Positions 46,585 to 57,075 of a DNA stretch of 64,000 nucleotides are shown here, piece after piece (position 1 is the first letter of the stretch; each line of letters opens with the position of its first letter). The DNA lies in the NCBI GenBank assembly GCA_023386235.1, contig JAEWKC010000016.1, positions 26,069-90,068 on the forward strand. Reading direction: 5' to 3'. Both the position numbers and the translations under genes were made by a program. Under the pieces are notes generated by a model that saw only the letters and a list, made by a program, of their open reading frames with translations, did no database searches and was not told where the DNA came from. The DNA is from Bacteroidota bacterium. GTDB taxonomy: Bacteria > Bacteroidota > Bacteroidia > Chitinophagales > Chitinophagaceae.

Positions 46585-47203
46585 AGTTTACTTCCAGCTC
46601 CGTTACTCCTCCCGATACGGTAAATTTCATGGCTTCGGTGGACTTCATCTTATCTTTAATGAATTTTACTTTGTGCGCGGGCACTACATAGGTAATGCCC
46701 GACAGCGCATAGGAATGAGGTACATATACTACAAAATGATCTTCCAGATCAAACATAGACGCGTTGCTTTGCGTAATGAATCCTAACCGCCATACATCCT
46801 CAGCATCTACATTTACCAATACGGGTTTGTCAAATTTCTTTTTATTGCCTGTAAACGCTTTCATAACATCATTCACGGATGAATAAATAAGCTTTACACC
46901 CGGCGTTCTGTTCAGCACTCTTTCCAGCAGTTCTAAAAACTTACTCATAATATACGTAGAAGAAGATCTGCCGATAAGAATAAGCAGTAAAAGAACCATA
47001 ATAAAACCTAAACCCGGCATACTTTTTATAAAGTTTTCTTTATCTTCCAGGAAGTTAGAAAGAAACATAGGCAATATGCTGTCTATGAAACTAAACAACC
47101 ACACTATAAAATAAATAGTGATGGCAATGGGCGCTACTACCACAATTCCCTGAAACAAATATTCCAGCGTTAACTTAACCGATTCTTTAAACGATGCTTT
47201 CAT
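46583..47203 (-). CDS. DUF502-like membrane protein
   Basis: Two N-terminal TM segments followed by a soluble beta-rich domain. I took the start at ATG 47203 (MKASFKESVK..). The family call is from memory of that architecture. Confidence 0.6.
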   Translation of the reverse strand: MKASFKESVKLTLEYLFQGIVVVAPIAITIYFIVWLFSFIDSILPMFLSNFLEDKENFIKSMPGLGFIMVLLLLILIGRSSSTYIMSKFLELLERVLNRTPGVKLIYSSVNDVMKAFTGNKKKFDKPVLVNVDAEDVWRLGFITQSNASMFDLEDHFVVYVPHSYALSGITYVVPAHKVKFIKDKMKSTEAMKFTVSGGVTELEVN

Positions 47204-47345
47204 TTTTTTTAATTTTACCTGAACGTTACTTTTTTTTAATAACGTAATGGGTGAGTAAAAGAATAATTCTACAAAAGTGGTAAAAAAATGAATGCCCGTC
47301 ATCACATCTAAATAAATTAATTACATTGCACATAAAAAAATAACG

Positions 47346-48050
47346 ATGCAGATTGTAATTACAGGAGCCAGCAAAGGTATAGGAAAGGCTATTGCCACAA
47401 TTTTTGCAAAAGACAATGCACACACTTTAATCATATGTGCAAGAAATACCGATGCGCTTGCAGAACTGAAAAACGACCTTGAAGCCGCCTATCCTGCTAC
47501 GGAAGTGCTGATAAAAGCCTGCGATGTGAGCGACAAAGAAGATATTAACCAATTTGCCCAATATATACTGAACCTGGATAAACCTATTGATATACTGATC
47601 AATAACGCAGGAATTTTTATTCCGGGCAGTGTATACAATGAAGCTGAAGGCAGTTTAGAAGAAATGTTGCAGGTGAATTTGTTTAGCGCATACCATTTAA
47701 CAAGAAAGTTGATTCCGCAATTCATAGCGCAAAAAAAAGGTACGATATTTAATATTTGCTCTATCGCTTCTTTTACTCCTTATCCTAATGGCGGCAGCTA
47801 TAGTATAAGCAAATACGCCTTATCGGGCTTTACCAAAAATCTACGTGAAGAAATGAAACCTTTTGGAATAAAGGTTTGTGGCGTTTATCCCGGCGCCACC
47901 ATGAGCGATAGCTGGGCAGGCTCCGGTGTGGATGCCACACGGATTATGGAAGCCGAAGACGTAGCAAAAATGATACATGCCGCTATGCAGCTTTCGCCCC
48001 AGGCGGTGATGGAAGATATTGTACTAAGGCCACAACTGGGCGATTTGTAA
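47346..48050 (+). CDS. SDR family oxidoreductase
   Basis: ITGASKGIGKAIA (TGxxxGxG), NNAG, and YSISK (YxxxK) motifs. Confidence 0.85.
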   Translation: MQIVITGASKGIGKAIATIFAKDNAHTLIICARNTDALAELKNDLEAAYPATEVLIKACDVSDKEDINQFAQYILNLDKPIDILINNAGIFIPGSVYNEAEGSLEEMLQVNLFSAYHLTRKLIPQFIAQKKGTIFNICSIASFTPYPNGGSYSISKYALSGFTKNLREEMKPFGIKVCGVYPGATMSDSWAGSGVDATRIMEAEDVAKMIHAAMQLSPQAVMEDIVLRPQLGDL

Positions 48051-48066
48051 TTGTTTGATACTTTTT

Positions 48067-49158
48067 TTAAAACCAGCCCCTTTTTTTAAATACATAAATC
48101 ATGTATACGGGAATAAGCAGCATTAAGCTGATGGCAAAATAAAAAGCATACGGATTGTCGAGGTAAGGTATATGCTTAAAGTTCATACCGAAGATACCGC
48201 CGATTACTGTGGCAGGCGCCAGCAAGCAGGTAACAATAGCGGTAACTTTCATTGACTGGTTCAGCTTGTTGTTTTCCTGGTTCAGATACAAATCATGAAT
48301 ATTGGCAATTGACTCCCGGTAATTCTCTACCATTTCTTTTGCCTGATTAATGTGATCACTCACGTCTTTTAAATAGCGCAGTGTTTTTTTGTTGAAAATC
48401 TCTTCTTCATTGCGCAGCAGCATCGTGATTACGTCGCGCAGTGGGTATATGTTTCTACGCAATATCATTAGCTCTCTTCTGTAGAAAATAATTTTAGCAA
48501 AGGATCTTTTGTTTTGATTGTTCAATACTTCGTCTTCTACGGTTTCAATTCTGGCCGATAGTTTGTCCATCAAATAAAAATAATCATCTACAATAGCGTC
48601 CAGCAGCTCGTAAAACAAAAAGTCTACTCCATTCTGCCTTATTTTGCTGGCCTTGTTTTTCAGCTTGTTTCTGATTTTATTGAATGAATCTTTTTCTGCC
48701 TCTTCCTGAAAAGTAATCACCCTTGTTCTGCCCAAAATAATAGACACCTGCTCTTGTTCTATAAAGAATCTTGTATCATTGTACGAAAGCATATACACCA
48801 GGCAATAAATATAATTGTCGAACTGGTCTAATTTGGTATTGTGCCCCAAGCTGTAAATATCCTCTTCTATCAATTCGTTTATTTCAAACATTTCGGAAAT
48901 CGTATGAATGGCCTGCTTATCTAACCCTTCAATATTAAGCCAGATATTATAGGAAGAATCTTTAAAAGCCCTGCACTCTTCGGCCGATTGCAGTTTGTGC
49001 TCTCTTACCTCTGTTTCGTTGTATTCATACAGATGAATAATATACTTATCCGCATTTTGGCGCAATTGATTGTTGATAGGATTTTCACGAAAGATTTGCC
49101 TTGACTCGCCCATTTTAAGGAAAGAAAAAACATCGTTAAAAGTAGAGGTAATACTCAT
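48067..49158 (-). CDS. corA: magnesium/cobalt transporter CorA
   Basis: The GMN signature in GGIFGMNF lies between the two C-terminal TM helices; 363 aa. Confidence 0.85.
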   Translation of the reverse strand: MSITSTFNDVFSFLKMGESRQIFRENPINNQLRQNADKYIIHLYEYNETEVREHKLQSAEECRAFKDSSYNIWLNIEGLDKQAIHTISEMFEINELIEEDIYSLGHNTKLDQFDNYIYCLVYMLSYNDTRFFIEQEQVSIILGRTRVITFQEEAEKDSFNKIRNKLKNKASKIRQNGVDFLFYELLDAIVDDYFYLMDKLSARIETVEDEVLNNQNKRSFAKIIFYRRELMILRRNIYPLRDVITMLLRNEEEIFNKKTLRYLKDVSDHINQAKEMVENYRESIANIHDLYLNQENNKLNQSMKVTAIVTCLLAPATVIGGIFGMNFKHIPYLDNPYAFYFAISLMLLIPVYMIYVFKKRGWF

Positions 49159-49181
49159 GATTGTGTATGCAGTTTAGGCAA

Positions 49182-50534
49182 TTATCTTAATACCATATTT
49201 CTGTCGGCATCTAATCTTATCAAAACAAATATAAGTATAGTAAAGGACAATAGCGAAGAACCACCGTAGCTGATAAGCGGCAGTGGAATGCCAATAACAG
49301 GAAACAATCCAATAGTCATACTTACATTGATGGCTATATGCATAAACAAAACACTTGCTACGCAATAGGCATAAATACGACTAAAGGCGCTTCGCTGTCG
49401 TTCGGCTATTTTAATTATGCGCAGCAGCATAAAAAGATAGATGCCCAAAAAAGTAACTGTTCCAAAAAGCCCGAAAGCCTCACCAATAGATGTGAATATA
49501 AAATCGGTATGCTGTTCGGGCACGTATTTCCCCCTGGTTTGCGTACCCTGCATAAACCCTCTGCCCATCAAGCCTCCGGATCCAATCGCTATTTTACTTT
49601 GGCGCACATTATAATCGTCGGGCTTCATTACTTTTTTATCTTCGGCTTCCTTTCGCTGCGCGTGTATGTTCTGGCTGCAATCATAATCTTTGCCAACCAT
49701 GGCGTATACCCTTGCCGACTGGTAACATTGAAATACATTATTAAAAATATAAGGCACGGCAAAACGCTGAATACCTACGCAAGCGATCCATACAAATAAT
49801 ATGGTAAGCAGCAAGCCCCTGTCGCGCTTCAGTTTCCGGCGCATAAAATAAATAGCGCCCACGGTAATGAGTGTAAGTATCACCGCCAGCGTATTAGGTT
49901 CTAACAGTAACGTAGCCACCACCAGCACAGCAAATGAAAAGCCTACAATTAATATCCAGGATGGCAGTCCCTCGCGAAACATCACAATAAAAAATCCAAA
50001 GTATACCAGGGCCAGGCCGGTTTCATTCTGCAATATTGATAACATTGCCGGAAGCAGCGCTATACCCATTGCTATTAGCTGTGATTTTATTTTGGAGAAA
50101 TCCAGATCCTGCATAGATAAATATTTAGCCAAAGCCAGTGCCGTAAATATTTTACAGATTTCCGCAGGCTGCAGGTTAAATCCTCCGCCCAAAGGAATCC
50201 AGCTTCTAGAGCCACTTATGTTTCTGCCAATCACGAACGTAATGAGCATTAAAAATATTCCAAACAAATAAGAAAGATTGGCAAAGGATGTATATAGCTT
50301 ACTATCGCTGAGGAGAATAAGCGTGGCCACAACGGCACTAACCAGTGCAAAAATAAACTGTTTGCTGTAGTTTGTATCTCCCGATAAAAAAGTGGAGGTC
50401 CAGCTTTCGCCGGCATCAGGATTAAACTCTACCATAAAAATACAGATAACGCCCACCACCACAAGTATCGCGTATAGCAATACCATTGTCCAGTCAATTC
50501 CTTTCGAGAGCCTGTTATCGTCCTGTACGTACAT
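49182..50534 (-). CDS. rodA: rod shape-determining protein RodA (SEDS family)
   Basis: FtsW/RodA/SpoVE polytopic pattern with motifs EQHTDFIF and PLPLISYGGSS. It follows mrdA. Confidence 0.85.
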   Translation of the reverse strand: MYVQDDNRLSKGIDWTMVLLYAILVVVGVICIFMVEFNPDAGESWTSTFLSGDTNYSKQFIFALVSAVVATLILLSDSKLYTSFANLSYLFGIFLMLITFVIGRNISGSRSWIPLGGGFNLQPAEICKIFTALALAKYLSMQDLDFSKIKSQLIAMGIALLPAMLSILQNETGLALVYFGFFIVMFREGLPSWILIVGFSFAVLVVATLLLEPNTLAVILTLITVGAIYFMRRKLKRDRGLLLTILFVWIACVGIQRFAVPYIFNNVFQCYQSARVYAMVGKDYDCSQNIHAQRKEAEDKKVMKPDDYNVRQSKIAIGSGGLMGRGFMQGTQTRGKYVPEQHTDFIFTSIGEAFGLFGTVTFLGIYLFMLLRIIKIAERQRSAFSRIYAYCVASVLFMHIAINVSMTIGLFPVIGIPLPLISYGGSSLLSFTILIFVLIRLDADRNMVLR

Positions 50535-50538
50535 AAAT

Positions 50539-52653
50539 TTATCCTCTTCTTTTGGTTGTATCTTTTTGCTCCGGCCTTATGGCTTCCTGCTTCGGCTGGT
50601 CATTCTGCAACGGCACTTCATTATTCTTCCTTCTCGGTTCTGCTTCGGGGTCAAATGTACGCTTTACTATGGCCACCTGCTTTTCGGTATAAGAAAGTTC
50701 TCTTTCCGAAAAAGCAACATCTACATTTTTCGAAACACTTTTTTGCATAGCCGCGGCCCGCGACGAGTCTCGGTTGCGATACCAACGCTTGATGGCCGGC
50801 GGTATTTTATCTATTTTAATATACTCATCAGCCTTTTTCTGGCTGGCTTCAGACAAAGTATCATTCAGGTATTTCTCCATCATCCAACCGGCTATTGGGC
50901 CCGCCCAGGTACCACCGTAACCGGCATTTTCCACAACAACCGCAATGGCTATTGTAGGATTTTCTACAGGAGCAAATGCTACAAACAATGCATGGTGCTC
51001 GCCATGTGGATTTTGCGCCGTACCCGTTTTAGCTGCAATGGCATGACCCGGCACTTTTATCCTGGCTGCCGTGCCTATGGTAGCCACGTCTGCCATACCA
51101 CGGATAACCGCGTTGAAAGCTGTATCGGTAATATGTAATCCGGCATGTTTTTCTCTGAACTTTCCCATATACACCGTATCGGCAATTGTTTCATCTTGTA
51201 TGCTATCTATTAAATGCGGTACAAAATAATATCCTTTATTGGCGATGATGCACATGCTGTTGGCCATTTGCAAGGGTGTGGTAGTCATTTTATCCTGTCC
51301 TATGCCTAAAGTGATCATATTGCACGATACCCAATTATTTCCATAATCTTTATTGTAAACCGAAGTATCAGGTATATTGCCTCTGTACTCACCGGGAAGG
51401 TCAACGCCTGTTCTCACACCCAGACTAAAGGAGTTCATATATTGCTTCCATCTGTTGTAGCCTTCTTTAGGACTTTTGAATTTAGGATTGTCTACCGCTA
51501 TCTTAAACATCTGATTGAAATAAGAGTTGCAGGAATAAGCCATTGCATTTCTGAGATTAGCCGAATGTGCTCCACCTGCATGTGTACAACGAATGTGTAC
51601 ACCACGGCATCCAACATAATAGCCGGGGCAGGGATAGCCGTAAGAAGGAGTGATAAGCCCTTCATCCAATGCCACCAAAGCTCCTAATGGCTTGAATGTA
51701 GAACCCGGCGGATACGTACCTTGTATAGCTCTGTTAAACATGGGGCGCGCCGTATCCAGCACAAGCCTGCCATAGTTTTTTCTTCTTTCGCTTGGCGACA
51801 ACAGGTCGGGATCGTAGTTGGGCGCGGTGATCATTGCCAGAATGCCCCCGGTTTTGGGGTCTATGGCAACCGCTGCGCCTAATTTATTGGTAAATAATTT
51901 TTCGCCCAGTTGCTGCAGCTCTATATCAAGGCTTGAGTAAAGATTTCTGCCGGCTACGGCCACCGTATCGTAAGCGCCATTATCAAAAGAGCCAATGATG
52001 CGCGATTTATTGTCTCTTATCAATTGCTGCACGCCTCGCTGCCCCATCAATACTTTTTCGTAAGTAAACTCCAGTCCTGCCACGCCTTTGTAATCGCCAG
52101 ACTGATAACCCTCTTCGGGATGTTCTTCCAGGTATTTCGCATCTACTTCTCCTAAGCGTCCTACGATATTCGCCGCTACTTTGTAAGGATATTGACGGGT
52201 AGGCCTGTCTTGCAAATAAAAACCGGGAAATTTGTATATATTTTCGTTTAACGTGGCGTACAGCCTGGAGGAAAGCAAGGGCTCAAAAGCACTGGGCTTG
52301 TAACTTCCGTTTTTAATAATGGAAGTAAGCATCCTGTTGTGATACTCCGCAGTATCAATATTTAATATGGCACACAAAGCTGCTGTATCCACGCCTCTTC
52401 TTGCTTCGGAAGGCACCACCATTAAATCGTAAGAGACCTCATTGGCCAGTATAATCCTGTTTTTTCTGTCGAAAATAATGCCTCTGTCAGGATAAATTAC
52501 CCTTCTTGTAATGGCATTGCCCTGCGCCTGTAATTTTAAGTCTTTTGAAAACAGTTGCAGGTTGATAAGCTGCGCCACCATTACTAAAAAAACAGCAACA
52601 ATAATGATTGTGATAATTCTACTTCTTACCTGTAACGTCTGCGGGTTGAGCAT
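50539..52653 (-). CDS. mrdA: penicillin-binding protein 2 (peptidoglycan D,D-transpeptidase)
   Basis: Motifs STFK (PPGSTFKP), SxN (YSCNSYF) and KTGT (AAKTGTA). There is a charged C-terminal extension of about 90 aa. Confidence 0.9.
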   Translation of the reverse strand: MLNPQTLQVRSRIITIIIVAVFLVMVAQLINLQLFSKDLKLQAQGNAITRRVIYPDRGIIFDRKNRIILANEVSYDLMVVPSEARRGVDTAALCAILNIDTAEYHNRMLTSIIKNGSYKPSAFEPLLSSRLYATLNENIYKFPGFYLQDRPTRQYPYKVAANIVGRLGEVDAKYLEEHPEEGYQSGDYKGVAGLEFTYEKVLMGQRGVQQLIRDNKSRIIGSFDNGAYDTVAVAGRNLYSSLDIELQQLGEKLFTNKLGAAVAIDPKTGGILAMITAPNYDPDLLSPSERRKNYGRLVLDTARPMFNRAIQGTYPPGSTFKPLGALVALDEGLITPSYGYPCPGYYVGCRGVHIRCTHAGGAHSANLRNAMAYSCNSYFNQMFKIAVDNPKFKSPKEGYNRWKQYMNSFSLGVRTGVDLPGEYRGNIPDTSVYNKDYGNNWVSCNMITLGIGQDKMTTTPLQMANSMCIIANKGYYFVPHLIDSIQDETIADTVYMGKFREKHAGLHITDTAFNAVIRGMADVATIGTAARIKVPGHAIAAKTGTAQNPHGEHHALFVAFAPVENPTIAIAVVVENAGYGGTWAGPIAGWMMEKYLNDTLSEASQKKADEYIKIDKIPPAIKRWYRNRDSSRAAAMQKSVSKNVDVAFSERELSYTEKQVAIVKRTFDPEAEPRRKNNEVPLQNDQPKQEAIRPEQKDTTKRRG

Positions 52654-52761
52654 TTTAATTTATTTCTCCAAAGTTTGAAAGCGGCCTGAGTGATTTTTAC
52701 AAAAATAGAAAAAAGATAGGTAAACAAAAATGCAAAATCATGAATTAAATTCCAAAACTAT

Positions 52762-53295
52762 TTATTCGGCATTGGTTTTAAATCGTCCTTTTCTGAATGC
52801 CAAAGCCTCTGTAATGAGTATCAATACAATGCTTACAACCGTAGAAAGAGTGACCTTACCTATAAAGAAAAGAAAATCGCCAAAACGCATCCACTCAATC
52901 AACACCACTACAAAATGATGCGCGAAGGTGAGTATAAGCAGATAGATAAGATAAGGCTGGAAACCCATACTGCGAATGCCGGGCTCAAAATAAGTAATCT
53001 CTACTTTTTCATGCGGAAGCAGGGCATTGAGTATAAACGGACGCAGGTAAGCTATAAACACACAGGCCGCCGCGTACATGCCCATAGACTGCGAAAAATA
53101 GTCCATCGTAATGCCAAAAATAAAGCTGATAATCAGCAACCAGTTTTTAGAGATATCAAAAGGCAGCCATAAAATGAACAGGAAATATAACCAGGGCTTT
53201 ATATACTGATGCAATAAAGGAACTTTATCCATTATAAAAGCCTGAATAAAAATAAACAGTATAAAACGGATAATATTTTTAAGTATAACGCTCAT
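52762..53295 (-). CDS. mreD: rod shape-determining protein MreD
   Basis: Small polytopic membrane protein. It lies immediately after mreC with a TAATG stop-start overlap. Confidence 0.7.
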   Translation of the reverse strand: MSVILKNIIRFILFIFIQAFIMDKVPLLHQYIKPWLYFLFILWLPFDISKNWLLIISFIFGITMDYFSQSMGMYAAACVFIAYLRPFILNALLPHEKVEITYFEPGIRSMGFQPYLIYLLILTFAHHFVVVLIEWMRFGDFLFFIGKVTLSTVVSIVLILITEALAFRKGRFKTNAE

Positions 53296-54194
53296 TATCT
53301 TTTAGGCACACCTCCGGTAGCCTGTATCTCTTTTAATTTCATAGCATCTTCCAGTGCTCTCTGCTCTGTAAAAAGCTGGTTTTTTATTATATAAGCATAT
53401 TGTAAACTTCTGAAGCTAACGCCAGGCTTTACTTCCAGCTTATGAAAACTTGATGTGGGGTCTTTCTTCACCGCGCTTACCGTACCTATGATTAATCCCG
53501 TAGGGAAGTTGGGCGATATGTTACTGGTAACAATCGTATCTCCTTTTTTCACCGGTATGATGCGTGGAATTTCTTTTAGCTCTATCACGTCGGGCGATTT
53601 ACCATCCCATGTAATAGTGCCGGTAGTTTTATTGTTGAGCAACATGGCGCTTATACGGCTGTTGTGATTGAGCAGCCCCATAACTATAGAAAAGTTAGAG
53701 CTTACCGATACTACTTTTCCAACTACGCCTTCCGGGCTGGTAACAGCCATATCCACGGCAATACCATCGCTGGTGCCTTTTTGCAGCGTGATATAATTAT
53801 TTTCCAGGCTAAGAGAATTGTTGACCACCTTTGCCGGCAAATAACTGAATTGCTGGTATATTCTTGCCCCGGACGTATCGCGAAGCAACGAATCTCTTAA
53901 TACTCTTGTAGAATCTGTATTGAGCGAATCCATTGCGTAAATAGATGCTGACAACGCGTTGCGCAATCTTGTATTTTCATCTACCAATGCCTTATTAGTG
54001 CTTTTAAGATTAAAGAAATATTCTACATCGTTGTACCTGCGCTGCAACCGGCCTACATATTCATTAAATACATTGGAATAAGCTGCCGCGTAACTGTCGT
54101 TGTATTTTACCAAAAAAGAAATACATACTCCTTCTAAAAAAAGAAAAAGGAAAAATGTAAAGTACTTCTTTAAAAATAAAATAATATTTCGCAT
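53295..54194 (-). CDS. mreC: rod shape-determining protein MreC
   Basis: N-terminal TM, a coiled-coil region, and beta-barrel repeats (GVVGKV, GLIIGTV). It sits between mreB and mreD. Confidence 0.8.
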   Translation of the reverse strand: MRNIILFLKKYFTFFLFLFLEGVCISFLVKYNDSYAAAYSNVFNEYVGRLQRRYNDVEYFFNLKSTNKALVDENTRLRNALSASIYAMDSLNTDSTRVLRDSLLRDTSGARIYQQFSYLPAKVVNNSLSLENNYITLQKGTSDGIAVDMAVTSPEGVVGKVVSVSSNFSIVMGLLNHNSRISAMLLNNKTTGTITWDGKSPDVIELKEIPRIIPVKKGDTIVTSNISPNFPTGLIIGTVSAVKKDPTSSFHKLEVKPGVSFRSLQYAYIIKNQLFTEQRALEDAMKLKEIQATGGVPKR

Positions 54195-54316
54195 AGGTTA
54201 TCTTCGGAAATGAACCATCAATATTCTGAAACACAAAGGAATGAATATTTTGGCGAATTCCACCTGACAATAAATTAAAAAATTAAAAAAAAACAACAGA
54301 TGAAAGATAAATGTAA

Positions 54317-54362
54317 AAAGTCAAAAGCAAAAAAAATCTACCGATATTTTACTTTTGACTTT
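54317..54362 (-). other. AT-rich 11-bp stem-loop in the 190-nt mreB-mreC spacer
   Basis: aaagtcaaaag (54317-54327) pairs with cttttgacttt (54352-54362). T-rich sequence follows on the minus strand. Possible attenuator. Confidence 0.35.
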
Positions 54363-54383
54363 GCTTTTAATTTTCGCTTTGCA

Positions 54384-55409
54384 TTATCTCATTATAAATG
54401 GATATCTCTGATAATTTTTCAGAGCAATACCGGTGCCGCGCACCACACTTTTCAGCGGATCGTCGGCAATATGTACAGGCAGCTTAATCTTTTGGCTTAA
54501 TCTTTTATCTAAACCTCTCAGCAATGCGCCACCACCCGTAAGGTACAGGCCTCTGCGGTATATATCGGCCGAAAGCTCAGGAGGCGTGGTTTCTAACGCG
54601 CGCAAAATAGCTTCTTCAATTTTAAAGATGGATTTATCCAAAGCTTCGGCTACTTCCTGGTAGCTTACCATTATTTGCTTAGGCACGCCGGTTACCAGAT
54701 CTCTGCCGCTTACAGGCAAATCATCCGGCGGATTGTCTAAATCCTTTAATGCGGCACCTAATTCAATTTTGATCTGCTCTGCCGTGCGCTCTCCTATCAA
54801 TAAGCTGTGGTAGCGTCTTAGCGCTTCCATTATATCGGCGGTGAATTCGTCGCCCGCTATACGGATACTTTGGTCGCAAACAATACCAGCCAAAGCTATA
54901 ACGGTGATGCCGGTGGTACCACCGCCAATGTCAATGATCATGTTTCCTACAGGCTCTTCTACATCTATACCAATACCGATTGCCGCAGCCATAGGCTCGT
55001 CAATTAAATATACCTCTTTAGCGCCGGCCTGTGCTGCGCTGTCTCTTACCGCCCTTTTTTCTACTTCCGTAATGCTTGAAGGAATGCAGATAAGCATTCT
55101 CCAGCTTGGCGGAATAATAGGTTTTTTGGTATGCAGCATTCTTATCAATTCTCTGATCATGAGCTCTGCCGCGTTAAAATCTGCTATCACCCCGTCTTTT
55201 AACGGGCGAATAGTTTTAATGCTTTCGTGGGTTTTTTCATGCATCAATAAAGCCTTCTTTCCTACGCCTAATACCTCCTTAGGATTGTTTCTGTTTAAAG
55301 CCACAATAGAAGGTTCGTTAACTACGATCTCATCGTTATGAATGATAAGGGTATTGGCAGTGCCCAGGTCCATTGCTATTTCCTGAGTAAAAAAATTGAA
55401 TAATCCCAT
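54384..55409 (-). CDS. mreB: rod shape-determining protein MreB
   Basis: Actin-fold motifs: DLGTANT, IDIGGGTT, and LTGGGALLRGLDK. Confidence 0.95.
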   Translation of the reverse strand: MGLFNFFTQEIAMDLGTANTLIIHNDEIVVNEPSIVALNRNNPKEVLGVGKKALLMHEKTHESIKTIRPLKDGVIADFNAAELMIRELIRMLHTKKPIIPPSWRMLICIPSSITEVEKRAVRDSAAQAGAKEVYLIDEPMAAAIGIGIDVEEPVGNMIIDIGGGTTGITVIALAGIVCDQSIRIAGDEFTADIMEALRRYHSLLIGERTAEQIKIELGAALKDLDNPPDDLPVSGRDLVTGVPKQIMVSYQEVAEALDKSIFKIEEAILRALETTPPELSADIYRRGLYLTGGGALLRGLDKRLSQKIKLPVHIADDPLKSVVRGTGIALKNYQRYPFIMR

Positions 55410-55563
55410 TCTATTTTATATATCTCTTTTTTTTAAATTTAATCTGCAAAATGAATTAATATTTCTGAATTTACCAAAACTAAAATTGAAATAAGAGACT
55501 ATTTTTCTGCCGGTAAAAACAGTTTATGCAAGTTTACGTGTTTATTTCAATTTAGAAATAGGA

Positions 55564-56895
55564 TTATTTATTATTTAACAAAAGACTTGTTTGAGTGTGC
55601 AATCCATCTTGTACTACTTCCATCGCTTCTATCTTTTCTTTTAATGTCATGTACCAGTTCTTGTCATTATCGTCGTAGAAAGGCAATAAGGTTTCCGGGT
55701 ATTTTTCTTCTGCTACTTCAAATGTTCTTTTTGCAAGCGCTGTATCTTTTTCAAGTAGCGCGTACTCTGCCGTCCAGGCATGGGCGAAACGAAGTATATT
55801 AAGCACTTGCAGATTATCGGGGTTTTGAAGGTAATCGGTATTCTTGCCGGTAAGTGGCGATAAGGAAGGCAGTCTTGCCCGCAAATAATCTACATCGTTA
55901 GTGCCTTCTACGGTATTTACCTTTACCGTTAAGCCTCTAAGCTGTAAATAATTGGTGGTAGATAAATACAGCCTGAAGTTTCCCGGCAGCCCGGAAGGGA
56001 AAAACACATCGCGTTTCATAGCGTTTTGCTCCAGCAATCTTAGCAGAATCTGGTCTGAGCGCAGCAGGCCGCCCTCGAAAGTTGGACGCAGATGCCAGGT
56101 AAGCACACTATCGCCCGCGGGGAAGCGCGCGTTGGGGATGCTGATGTCCCGTGCAATCCAGGCTACAGGTTTTATATTGCGTAGTTCTTCATTGTTTATT
56201 TGCAACTCCAGCCTTCCACGCTCTTTCATCATTTGCGGATACCAGATTGTATTAAGATAATCTAAATTGATATTTCTTACATCTGTTCTTGCTTTTAGCA
56301 CATGTTGTAAATAAGCGATATAATATACCTGCATATCCCCGGCATTAAACAGATAGGCACTATCGCTTACATCATCAAGCAGCTGAGAAAAATACCGGAG
56401 TACCGTTTCATTAATACCGCCGCGCTTTTTTGCCTGCTCCAGACACCAGACAGTAGAATCTGTTTTATTCTCGTACAGATATCGCAAAGCCTGCCCGCCC
56501 CATATAGAAAGTATTTTGGTATGCGGATCGAGATTTAATCTTTTTCCTTTGTACAAACCATTGCTCAGTTCTAAAGCGTTTTCAAAACACTGACTTGCTT
56601 TTTGAGCCAACAATAAATTGGAACGGATAAGATTTTCACCCTCGTAGCTATTAAATTTGTCAATGGCATATCCTAAGAAATACCAGGCTTCGGGGTTTCC
56701 GGGATTGTTGAGCGTATATTGCTCCAGTACATATCCCACATCATTGAAGTCTACATTTTCTCCCGCATTTACTTTTTCTGTCAAAATACGTTTTGCACGT
56801 TGATAGTGTTTATCGTCGGCTTCCTGCGCAAGCCCGGTTTGCGCGAATAAGAAAAGAAAAAAAGCAGACAGGCATACTCTTTGAAATATAAGCAT
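55564..56895 (-). CDS. hypothetical secreted protein (helical-repeat ends, unknown family)
   Basis: Starting at ATG 56895 gives a clean signal peptide (MLIFQRVCLSAFFLFLFAQTGLAQE). I recognise no catalytic motifs. Confidence 0.55.
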   Translation of the reverse strand: MLIFQRVCLSAFFLFLFAQTGLAQEADDKHYQRAKRILTEKVNAGENVDFNDVGYVLEQYTLNNPGNPEAWYFLGYAIDKFNSYEGENLIRSNLLLAQKASQCFENALELSNGLYKGKRLNLDPHTKILSIWGGQALRYLYENKTDSTVWCLEQAKKRGGINETVLRYFSQLLDDVSDSAYLFNAGDMQVYYIAYLQHVLKARTDVRNINLDYLNTIWYPQMMKERGRLELQINNEELRNIKPVAWIARDISIPNARFPAGDSVLTWHLRPTFEGGLLRSDQILLRLLEQNAMKRDVFFPSGLPGNFRLYLSTTNYLQLRGLTVKVNTVEGTNDVDYLRARLPSLSPLTGKNTDYLQNPDNLQVLNILRFAHAWTAEYALLEKDTALAKRTFEVAEEKYPETLLPFYDDNDKNWYMTLKEKIEAMEVVQDGLHTQTSLLLNNK

Positions 56896-57075
56896 ACAGC
56901 CAGGCAAAAATGCATTGCTTCGTTTTTCGGCCACAGCTTTATCGTAGCAATCACAACGCCTTTCCGGCGACGCAATTGCCGCTTTTTTGTGCGCTGAATA
57001 AAGAGGAAGCAACCTGATCATCATGCTATTGCTTAAAATTCATTATATAAAAATTGTAATATTTAATCAAACAAT

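Noticed and set aside
50392-51138. 248-aa plus-strand ORF overlapping rodA and mrdA
   Set aside because: It is entirely antisense to two genes with clear family motifs, and the translation has no recognisable features.
54841-55341. 166-aa plus-strand ORF antisense to mreB
   Set aside because: mreB is unambiguous on the minus strand, and this antisense ORF has no motifs.
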